The notes beneath the pieces were generated by a model. The model worked only from the letters and a program-made list of their open reading frames with translations. It searched no databases and was not told the origin of the DNA. Shown here piece after piece: positions 39,370 to 47,587 of a stretch of DNA of 64,000 bases. Source of the stretch: Treponemataceae bacterium (GTDB lineage Bacteria > Spirochaetota > Spirochaetia > Treponematales > Rectinemataceae); contig CAXXGJ010000006.1 in assembly GCA_963677895.2 (NCBI GenBank), forward strand, positions 96,001 to 160,000. Reading direction: 5' to 3'. A program made the translations under genes and the position numbers. Position 1 is the first letter of the stretch; each line of letters begins with the position of its first letter.

Positions 39370-40353
39370 TTAGACGAATTGTTCCGCGAGGCGGCAGGCG
39401 ACGAAGCGCCCTGGGGCCACTTCCCTCAAAGCGGGATCGGCGACGGAGCATTCGGGCTGGGCGTGAATGCATCGCGGCGCGAAGCGGCAGCCCGGCTTGG
39501 GGTTGATGGGAGAGCTTACTTCGCTCTTGAGGATGATTCTTTCCTTCCTCGCGTTCAGCTTGGGTACGGGGATGGCCGACAGGAGGGCCCTGCCGTAGGG
39601 ATGAATGGGTTTGGCGAAGAGTTCCTCGGTGGGGCCTTTTTCGACGATCTGGCCCATGTACATTATGACGATGTCGTCGGAGATGTGCTTGACGACGGAG
39701 AGGTCGTGGGTGATGAAAAGGTAGGTAAGCCCGAGTTTGTCCTGGAGGTCCATGAGGAGGTTCAGGATCTGCGCCTGGATCGACACGTCGAGGGCCGAAA
39801 CCGGTTCGTCGCAGACGATGAACTCCGGGTCCAGGGCCAGGGCGCGCGCTATGCCGATGCGCTGGCGGCGTCCTCCGTCCAGCTCGTGGGGGTACGAATC
39901 GTAGAGGCGATCGGCGAGCCCGACGGTGGCCATGAGTTTTCTCACCCTCTCCTCGTATTCCTGGTTGCCCGACACTTTCTTGTGGATTTTCAGGGGCTCG
40001 CCGATGATGGTGGCCACGGTGTGGCGCGGGTTGATCGAGGAATAGGGGTCCTGGAAGATCATCTGCATCCGCGTGCGCAGGGTTTTCATCTCGCGGTCGT
40101 TGGCCTTGGTCACTTCCGAGCCGTCGTAGACGATGGATCCGGCCGTGGCTTCGTGGAGGCGGACGAGGAGCCTGCCTGTCGTGGACTTGCCGCAGCCCGA
40201 TTCGCCCACCATGCCCAGGGTCTTGCCTTTCTGGATGTCGAAGGAAACGTCGTCGACGGCGTGGAGGCTGCCGTGGGCGGACTGGAAGTATTTTTTGAGG
40301 TTGTTAACCCTCAATATGGGCGCCACTGCTGTGGCGAGGGTTTTGGCGCTCAT
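39370..40353 (-). CDS. oppF: Oligopeptide ABC ATP-binding protein (OppF-like)
   Basis: GESGCGKST, CDEPVSALDVSIQAQ, C-terminal Cys cluster. Confidence 0.9.
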   Translation of the reverse strand: MSAKTLATAVAPILRVNNLKKYFQSAHGSLHAVDDVSFDIQKGKTLGMVGESGCGKSTTGRLLVRLHEATAGSIVYDGSEVTKANDREMKTLRTRMQMIFQDPYSSINPRHTVATIIGEPLKIHKKVSGNQEYEERVRKLMATVGLADRLYDSYPHELDGGRRQRIGIARALALDPEFIVCDEPVSALDVSIQAQILNLLMDLQDKLGLTYLFITHDLSVVKHISDDIVIMYMGQIVEKGPTEELFAKPIHPYGRALLSAIPVPKLNARKERIILKSEVSSPINPKPGCRFAPRCIHAQPECSVADPALREVAPGRFVACRLAEQFV

Positions 40354-41342
40354 GCCTGGCTCCTTGCGCCGGTTTCGGCGGTATATAGGTGGCACTTGAC
40401 GCGATGGCCGCCGAGATCGATGTCCACGGGGTGCTTTTTGGCGCAGATGTCCATCGCGTGGGGACAGCGCGGGTTGAAGAAGCAGCCTTCGGGCAGGGCG
40501 GTCGGGTCGGGCATCAGGCCGGGGATGGGCTTGAGCCTGTCGGTGATCTCGGAGAGGTCGGGCAGGGAACCGAAGAGTCCCTTGGTGTAGGGATGCAGGG
40601 GGCCGCCGAAAACCTGATCGATCGAGCCGTATTCGACGATTTCGCCCGCGTACATGGTCGCCACTTCGTCGCAATTCTCGGCCACGAGGCCGAGGGAGTG
40701 GGTGATGAAGAGCACCGAGGTGCCGTTGTCGCGGATGAGGGTGCGCATGAGGTCGAGGACCTGGGCCTGGATGGTGACGTCCAGGGCCGTCGTGGGTTCG
40801 TCGGCGAGGAGCAGTTTGGGGTTGCAGGCGAGGGCGAGGGCGATGACGACGCGCTGCTTCATGCCGCCCGAGAACTGGTGGGGGTATTCCTTGGCGCGGT
40901 CGGCCGGTATGCCCACCGTTTCCAGCATCTTTTCGGCTTTTTTCCAGCTTTCCTCGCCGCTCAGGCCTTCGTGCTTCATCACCGTCTCGGCGATCTGCTC
41001 GCCCACGGTGAGGACGGGGTTGAGGGCCGTCATGGGATCCTGGAAGATCATGGCCACGTCCTTGCCGCGCATGTCGCGCAGGTCTTGCTTGGACATGCCG
41101 AGGACATCCTTGCCGGAGAAGCTGATGGAGCCTTTCATGATCTTGCCCTGGGGAGAGCGGATCATGTTGAGGATGGAGAGGGCCAGGGTGGTCTTGCCGG
41201 CGCCGGTCTCGCCGACGAGGCCGAGCACTTTGCCCGCTTTGAGGTCGAGGGTGAGGCCGTTTATGGCCTTCGTCACTTTGCGATACGAGAAGTACTGGAC
41301 TTCCAGATCGCGTATTTCAAGTATTTTTTCCATGCGGTTCAC
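40350..41342 (-). CDS. oppD: Oligopeptide ABC ATP-binding protein (OppD-like)
   Basis: GETGAGKT, YPHQFSGGMKQR, DEPTTALDVTIQ. Confidence 0.9.
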   Translation of the reverse strand: MNRMEKILEIRDLEVQYFSYRKVTKAINGLTLDLKAGKVLGLVGETGAGKTTLALSILNMIRSPQGKIMKGSISFSGKDVLGMSKQDLRDMRGKDVAMIFQDPMTALNPVLTVGEQIAETVMKHEGLSGEESWKKAEKMLETVGIPADRAKEYPHQFSGGMKQRVVIALALACNPKLLLADEPTTALDVTIQAQVLDLMRTLIRDNGTSVLFITHSLGLVAENCDEVATMYAGEIVEYGSIDQVFGGPLHPYTKGLFGSLPDLSEITDRLKPIPGLMPDPTALPEGCFFNPRCPHAMDICAKKHPVDIDLGGHRVKCHLYTAETGARSQA

Positions 41343-42290
41343 CTATCGTTTCAGTTTGGGGTCGAGGGCGTCGCGCAGCCCGTCGCCGATGAGGTTGTAG
41401 GCCAGTACGGTGAGCAGGATCGTGAGCCCGGGGGCGAAGAGGAGGTGCGGCGCGTACTGGATGAATTCCCTCGCCTCGGAGAGCATGTTTCCCCACTCTG
41501 GTTTCGGGGGGAGGATGCCCAGGCCGAGGAAGGAGAGGGAGGCCGCCCAGTTGATCGCCGATCCGACGTTCAGCGTGGACTGGACGATGATGGGCGAGGT
41601 TATGTTGGGCATGATGTGCTTGAGCACGATCCGCAAGTCGCCGGCGCCTATGCAGCGGGCCGCCTCGACGAATTCCTGGTCCTTCACCTGGATGATGGAG
41701 GCGCGCACGATTCGTATGTAGCCCGGTATCATCGAGGTGGAGATGGCGACGATGAGGTTGAAGAAGCTGTTCCCCAGGGCGGCGACGATGGCTATGGCCA
41801 GCAGTATCGTCGGTATGGAGAGGAGGATGTCGGTGGCGCGCATGATGAAGGTGTCGAAGAGGCCGCCCTTGTAGCCGGCTATCGCCCCGAGTATGCCGCC
41901 CACCATGAAGGAGATGGCCACGGTGGCGAAGCCGATGATCATGGAAACCCTGGCGCCGTGGACGAGGCGGCCGAGGATGTCCCTGCCGTAGTTGTCCGAT
42001 CCGAGGATGAAGGTGTGTTCTATGTCCTTTTCGTGGTAATAGACGACGCCGCTCTCGCCCGGTTTGAGGAGGGCGTTTTCCAGGGAGTTGGAGGTGACGA
42101 AATCGTATTCGTAGAGGAGGTCGGCGAATATCGCCACCAGGGCGAAGACGATCACGAGGGCCAGGCTCAGCACGGCGAGCTTGTTGCGCGCCAGCTGCCG
42201 CCAGAACTGGGAAAAGTTCCTGCCCGTCCGGCGCATGAAGCGCGCGAATTTGGAGGTGTTGGTAATGGTGTTGGTCATGGTCTCGCTCAT
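41343..42290 (-). CDS. oppC: Oligopeptide ABC permease (OppC-like)
   Basis: GSDNYGRDILGR, EFVEAA, PPKPEWG, GDGLRDALDP. Confidence 0.9.
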   Translation of the reverse strand: MSETMTNTITNTSKFARFMRRTGRNFSQFWRQLARNKLAVLSLALVIVFALVAIFADLLYEYDFVTSNSLENALLKPGESGVVYYHEKDIEHTFILGSDNYGRDILGRLVHGARVSMIIGFATVAISFMVGGILGAIAGYKGGLFDTFIMRATDILLSIPTILLAIAIVAALGNSFFNLIVAISTSMIPGYIRIVRASIIQVKDQEFVEAARCIGAGDLRIVLKHIMPNITSPIIVQSTLNVGSAINWAASLSFLGLGILPPKPEWGNMLSEAREFIQYAPHLLFAPGLTILLTVLAYNLIGDGLRDALDPKLKR

Positions 42291-43284
42291 GCCCGGCTCC
42301 TTGCTATGGCCGGTTTGGCCTTTTTCTTTCCAAAGGTCGTCTTGATGCGCGGGTCGATGAATCCATAGAGCACGTCGACCAGGAGGTTGATGACCGTGAA
42401 GGTGAGCGCGATGAAGCAGACCGAACCGAGGATCTGGGGCGTGTCCTTCTGGTAGATGGCGTCCACCATTATGGAGCCCAGGCCCGGATAGGAGAATATT
42501 TTCTCCGTGAGGACGGCGCCGCCGAGCAGCTGTCCGAACTGGAGTCCGGCCACGGTGACGACGGGGATGAGGGCGTTGCGGAGCGCGTGCTTGAAGATGA
42601 CGACCTTCTCGTCCATTCCCTTTACCCTGGCCGTCCTGATGTAATCCTGCTCCATGACTTCGAGCATGGAGGACCTCGTCATGCGCATGATGATGGCCAT
42701 GGAATACATGCTCAGCGTGATGGTCGGCAGGATGAGGGAGACGAAATCGCCCGGATTGGACATGGCGGGGAAGATCCTGAGGTTGTTGGCGAAGGTGTAG
42801 ATGAGGACCATGGCCGCCCAGAACACGGGCATCGAGGCCCCGAGGAGGGCGAAGACGGTGAAGATCATGTCGATCGCCGAGTATGGTCTCGTGGCCGAGA
42901 GTATGCCGATGGGCACGCCTATGCAGACCGCCAGCAGGAGGGCGCCGGCCGCGAGTATAAGTGTATTGGGAAACGAGCTCAGGATGAGCTCGAAGACGTT
43001 CCTGTTCGAGATGTAGGACCGGCCGAGGTCGCCGAAGAGGAGTCCTTTATAGCCGAAAATGGGATGGCTGTAGCCAAAGAGGAAGCGCACGTACTGGATC
43101 AGGAATGGCTTGTCGAGCCCATGTCCGCCTTCATCTGCGTGTAGGCGGCGGGTGAGGCGTTGGGTCCCAGCATCATCTGGGCGGGGTCCGAGGGCGTGAC
43201 GTACAGAAGCGCGAAGACTATCAGCGTCACGCCGAAAAGTACGGGTACCAGCATAAGGATACGCCGTAATAGGTATCTGCTCAT
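42287..43284 (-). pseudogene. oppB: Oligopeptide ABC permease (OppB-like) with a frameshift near 43118
   Basis: MSRYLLRR...ADMG joins LDKPFLIQYVRFL if one base is added; YIRTARVKG, HALRNA, DPRI. Confidence 0.85.
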
Positions 43285-43416
43285 ATTTGGAAAGTCCGAT
43301 CGTAAAGCCCGGAAGGGTTCCCCGGGCGGGGTTTCCTTCCGGACGGAAGGCCGCGAGGCGGCAAGCGTTTCGTCGTCATGACGTCGCGCTCGCGGCCGGG
43401 AGGCCTTCCTTCAGCG

Positions 43417-45165
43417 TCAGAACTGCTTGGTCAGCAGGTGGAGGTCCACGAGTTTGGTGCCGAAAATCGCCCTGTCGAGATTGCCGACTCTGGGATGGGT
43501 TCCGAAGAGGACGTTTTCATAGACCATCGGGAAGTAGGGTTTGTCGGTCATGAGCTGGGTCTGGACTTTGTCGTAGGCAGCCTTGCGCGCCTTCGGGTCC
43601 AGGGTGTAGCGGCCGAGGGCGATGTTGGCGTTGACGATGTCGTTGTTGTAGACGGCGCCGTTCATGCCCGTGCCGATGGAGTCGCCGTTGTAGATGATGC
43701 AGGTGTAGTCGGGGTCGCCCGTGGGGGTGAACCAGCCGGTCACGACCATGTCGTAGCCTTCGCCTGTCTTGCTCATCTGGATGATCTGGGAGTTGACCAT
43801 CGGCGTCACTTTGATGAGGTCGATGCCGAGTGTGGTCTTGACCTGGTCCTTGATGTTGTTGGCGATCTTCACGCGGTCGGTGATGTTGCCGACGTCAAGC
43901 TGGACGATTTCGGGAGTGAGTTTAGCCCTGAATTCGGGGGAAAGGGCGGCGAACTCGGCCTTGGCCTTCTCGCGGTCGAAGTACCAGTCCTTTTCGGTGA
44001 ATTCGGCGAAGGGGGTGCCTTCGGGAGCGCCCTCGACGTGGCCGAGGAAGCCGGGCTGCATCATCTGGTTGGCGGGAATGGCGTTGCCGTTGAAGAGGTC
44101 TACCTGCCTGATGAAGGGGATAGGATTGATCGAATAGAAAATCGCCTTCCTGAGGTGGGTGGAATCGCCTTCGGTATATTTTCCGGAGAGGTCGAGCTTG
44201 CCGTTCACCTTCTGGCCGACGAGGTCGGAGTTCATGCTGAACACGCCGTACCAGATCGTGAGGCCGGGCTTGGAAGTGATGTTGATACCGGATTTCTCGA
44301 TGCTCTTGATGTCGAGCTTGGAGAGGTTGAAGGCCATGTCCACTTCGCCGGTGATGAGGACGTTGTTGACCTGGGGCTGTTCGGACATCGCCCTGAACTG
44401 GATGTTCTTGAAGGCCAGGGTTTTCGGATCGTTCCACCAGGCATCGTTCCTGGTGACGTTGACTTCCTGCGGGTTCGGGAAGGAGACGAACTTATAGGGA
44501 CCGGTTCCGGTCACGATCTTGGTGCCGTAGTCGGCGCCCGCCGCTTCGACGGTCTGGCTGTCCTCGATGCCCGAGCAATAGTGGGCGAGGATGTTGAGCG
44601 CCGGGCCGTAGGGAGAAGCTACCATGTACTTGGCCCTGTCCGCCCAGGAGGTGAGGGGGATGGTGGCGTATTCGGGGTTCTTGAGCTTGCCCCAGGTGAT
44701 CTTCACGGTGTATTCGTCCACTTTCTCGACCGAGAGAATGGCGCTGAACATGGACTTGGAGCTCGACTTGGGGTGATGCAGGATGCGATTGAAGGAGAAT
44801 ACGACGTCGTCGGCGGTGAAGGCGTTCCCGTTGTGGAATTTCACGCCTTTGCGCAGTTTGATCGTATAGACCGAACCGTCTTTCGACACGAGTCCGTTCT
44901 CAACGGTGGGGATGGTGTCGGCGAGGACGGGGTAGAACTTATAGTCCGGGGTCATGCCGACGAGTGTTTCGTTGATTTCGCGCATAACCTGCGCTTCGTT
45001 CAGGGTCGTGTAGAGGTTCGGGTCGAGGGGCTGGGGCGCGGCCGCCAGGACGAACACGAGGGTGTCCGCGTCGCGGTTGCGGAGCGCGGGGCCCTTGGCG
45101 CCCTGGGCGAAGACGACACCGCCCATCATGAGAGCGATGACCAAAACCGTCATTAGTTTTTTCAT
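43417..45165 (-). CDS. oppA: Oligopeptide ABC substrate-binding protein (family 5)
   Basis: Signal peptide, LRKGVKFHNG...TADDVVFS, GTGPYKF. Confidence 0.9.
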   Translation of the reverse strand: MKKLMTVLVIALMMGGVVFAQGAKGPALRNRDADTLVFVLAAAPQPLDPNLYTTLNEAQVMREINETLVGMTPDYKFYPVLADTIPTVENGLVSKDGSVYTIKLRKGVKFHNGNAFTADDVVFSFNRILHHPKSSSKSMFSAILSVEKVDEYTVKITWGKLKNPEYATIPLTSWADRAKYMVASPYGPALNILAHYCSGIEDSQTVEAAGADYGTKIVTGTGPYKFVSFPNPQEVNVTRNDAWWNDPKTLAFKNIQFRAMSEQPQVNNVLITGEVDMAFNLSKLDIKSIEKSGINITSKPGLTIWYGVFSMNSDLVGQKVNGKLDLSGKYTEGDSTHLRKAIFYSINPIPFIRQVDLFNGNAIPANQMMQPGFLGHVEGAPEGTPFAEFTEKDWYFDREKAKAEFAALSPEFRAKLTPEIVQLDVGNITDRVKIANNIKDQVKTTLGIDLIKVTPMVNSQIIQMSKTGEGYDMVVTGWFTPTGDPDYTCIIYNGDSIGTGMNGAVYNNDIVNANIALGRYTLDPKARKAAYDKVQTQLMTDKPYFPMVYENVLFGTHPRVGNLDRAIFGTKLVDLHLLTKQF

Positions 45166-45281
45166 GCTGATTTCCTCCCTTGGAAACAGTGAAAATGTAA
45201 GGCTGCTACGCAACCTACAAGGACAATATAAAAGCGCGGCGAGGGTCTGCTTGCGGACAGGACGCTCCCGATCGCTTCTTT

Positions 45282-46124
45282 TCAGGTGAACGCGGCGAAT
45301 TTGCCGCCTAGCATGGCCACGACGTGGAGCATCCGGTAAATCTCCCGGAAATCGCCGCTGGAATAGCGCACCGAGCGCCCCGAAGTTCTCGTAAGGCCGG
45401 GGATCGCGGCTACGGCGTCGGCCACGACGGTGGATGAGAGTTCTATGTCGAGCTGGGTCGCGGCCGCGGCGGGAAGGGCCTTGAACGCGGAAAGGCGATC
45501 GAGGGCCTTCGTCGCGCCCGCGACGAACTCGCCTTCAAGCCTTTCCGGCGCGTACATTTTTCCGGCGAACCGGCCAAGGCCTTCCTTGGTCCTCACGTAG
45601 ACGGGCATCGGTTCGAATCGGCCATTAAGCTGGGACTCGAGGATATTGTCGCCCGAGATGAAGCAGACCGGGACGCCGTAGAAACCGGCCAGCCTGGCGT
45701 TGATCTCCGTCTCGCCCGATTCCACGCCGTCCAGCCGCACGCGGTATATGCAGGAAGCCGAATAGGAATGGTCCATCATGCCGCCCTCGGAACCTATGGA
45801 CGCGTGGTAGCCGACGAGGAAAAGACCGGAATAGCTTTCGTCGAGGCCTTCCAGCATGTAATAGGGGCGCGGATAGCCGCGCACCATGGTGACGCGGGGA
45901 TCGCCGAAGCCTTTGAAAGGGACGCCTTCGCCCCTGGCGTGGGAATCGCAGACGCAGATTTCCTCGATTTCGGCGTCGCGCGGCGAGGCGGCGAGGCCGC
46001 GCAGAATCCAGGATATCTCCAGCCAGGCGCGTTCGTAGTTGGCGGCTCTGGATGGTCCCTCGAGGTCGCTCCAGGAGGTGGTTCCGTGGATGCCTTCCAT
46101 GTCGACGGATATGAAAAGTTTCAT
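45282..46124 (-). CDS. M55 D-aminopeptidase (Bacillus DppA-like)
   Basis: MKLFISVDMEG, DSH, GYH, HSY, GE, SGD. Confidence 0.92.
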   Translation of the reverse strand: MKLFISVDMEGIHGTTSWSDLEGPSRAANYERAWLEISWILRGLAASPRDAEIEEICVCDSHARGEGVPFKGFGDPRVTMVRGYPRPYYMLEGLDESYSGLFLVGYHASIGSEGGMMDHSYSASCIYRVRLDGVESGETEINARLAGFYGVPVCFISGDNILESQLNGRFEPMPVYVRTKEGLGRFAGKMYAPERLEGEFVAGATKALDRLSAFKALPAAAATQLDIELSSTVVADAVAAIPGLTRTSGRSVRYSSGDFREIYRMLHVVAMLGGKFAAFT

Positions 46125-46987
46125 TGCTTCTCCGAAATTTCGTGGATCGTCGTGTAGCCGCTTTCCTGCATCGAAAGCGTCGAACTCCGGGCTTCGATCG
46201 AACTGTCCTTGGCGCTTAGGAATACCGTATGGACGAGAATATTCATGGTGGAAACAAGCCCGACATAGGAATTCGCCAAAAGAAGGGAATTGGTGTCGCA
46301 TCGCACAACGACATCGGCGAGGGAATAGATGGGGCAAACCGCCGAATCGGTGAAAAGGTGGAGCGTACCGCCCTTTTCTTTCACTACCTGGGCGACATGG
46401 CGGACTTCGTCGGAATACGGAGGGAAGGTCATGATGAACATGGTGTCATCTGCCGTAAAAGTACGCAGACGGGGAGAATAGTCGGACACAGAGCCTGAGA
46501 TGACCATCACATCCTTGTTCACCGAGCACATGAGCGTATATTCGAACATCCTCGCCATGTGACCCGAGATGCCGAAACCGCAGATAAAAATTCTCCTCGA
46601 ATTCCTGATGCTGTCGGCCATTGTCTGCAGGTCTTTCACCCTTATGTTCTCGAAGGTGTTGCGGAGGTTGTTCACTTCATTCAGGAAGAGTTTCTGGAGG
46701 CGTTTCTCTTCCGGCATGCCATCGAGTTCACGGAGCGCTATCTTATCGTAGGGGCTTAGGCGGAACTTTATCTCGTCCTGGATTTCGCGCTTGAAGCTTT
46801 GGTACCCGTCCAGGTCCAGGCTTTTCGCGAAGCGGACAAGGGAAGCGTTGCTGACGCCGATGGCCTTGCTGATGACATAGATGGAAGCGAAAGCGACGCT
46901 CTGCTCGTGGTCGAGAATATAGGAGCCAATCTTCTTGAAATTCGGGGGCATGTCGGGAAGCGCTTTTTTTATTTTTTCGAGTATCAT
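46121..46987 (-). CDS. RpiR/MurR-family regulator (HTH + SIS)
   Basis: VSNASLVRFAKSL...GYQSFK HTH, GFGIS, FTDS. Confidence 0.92.
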   Translation of the reverse strand: MILEKIKKALPDMPPNFKKIGSYILDHEQSVAFASIYVISKAIGVSNASLVRFAKSLDLDGYQSFKREIQDEIKFRLSPYDKIALRELDGMPEEKRLQKLFLNEVNNLRNTFENIRVKDLQTMADSIRNSRRIFICGFGISGHMARMFEYTLMCSVNKDVMVISGSVSDYSPRLRTFTADDTMFIMTFPPYSDEVRHVAQVVKEKGGTLHLFTDSAVCPIYSLADVVVRCDTNSLLLANSYVGLVSTMNILVHTVFLSAKDSSIEARSSTLSMQESGYTTIHEISEKQ

Positions 46988-47037
46988 GGCGTCTCGAATC
47001 CTCCTGGAAGCCTGAAAACTGGAAGGCTGCAATGCGT

Positions 47038-47051
47038 GAAACTTATGTTTC
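47038..47051. promoter_or_regulatory. Candidate RpiR operator
   Basis: GAAAC-TTAT-GTTTC inverted repeat upstream of the regulator. Confidence 0.35.
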
Positions 47052-47232
47052 CAAAGTCTTGCACGCCGAAACTGCGGTGTCATCTTTTTTTTTCGATATT
47101 TATAGCTTTTTTATCGACTAAAACGGTTAAGCGGCGGGAGTATTTAATAATGTGTTAGGACTCGGGAAGGACTTTTCTCAGTATGCTATACTTCTAGCAT
47201 CGCTTCTGTTCCGCAGATAAGGAGAAACCGCA

Positions 47233-47571
47233 ATGAAAATTGTCTATATAATCGTAATTCTTCTGGTAGCCATCGTGGCCGTCGTTTTCGCGCTTCAGAA
47301 CAGCGCCATGATCACCGTGACTCTGTTCAGCGGTTCGGTGTCGGGTTCGCTTTCTCTCTTCCTTATCGTCACCTTGGCCATCGGCATGATTCTCGGCATG
47401 TCGCTGATGGTGCCCGCGATTTTCAAGCGCGGCAGGCTTTCTTCGGGGCTGAAGCGCCAAGTTTCGGCGCTGGAAAAGCAGGTTGGCGAGTTGAGCCAGC
47501 AGGCGACCGAAGCTTCGGCGACGGCCGCGACGGCCGCGTCGGCCGCTTCGGATGCGTCGGACGCAGGCTGA
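47233..47571 (+). CDS. LapA-family small membrane protein
   Basis: VFALQN motif, two TMs, coiled-coil tail, AAGGAG RBS. Confidence 0.82.
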   Translation: MKIVYIIVILLVAIVAVVFALQNSAMITVTLFSGSVSGSLSLFLIVTLAIGMILGMSLMVPAIFKRGRLSSGLKRQVSALEKQVGELSQQATEASATAATAASAASDASDAG

Positions 47572-47587
47572 GCCGGGAGCGATCCGA

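Noticed and set aside
40389..42368. 659-aa plus-strand ORF, and similar long ORFs at 9076-10491, 13360-14604, 43378-45156, 48824-50086, 56571-58931 and 61898-63901
   Set aside because: Antisense shadows of well-supported genes in GC-rich DNA; no recognisable motifs
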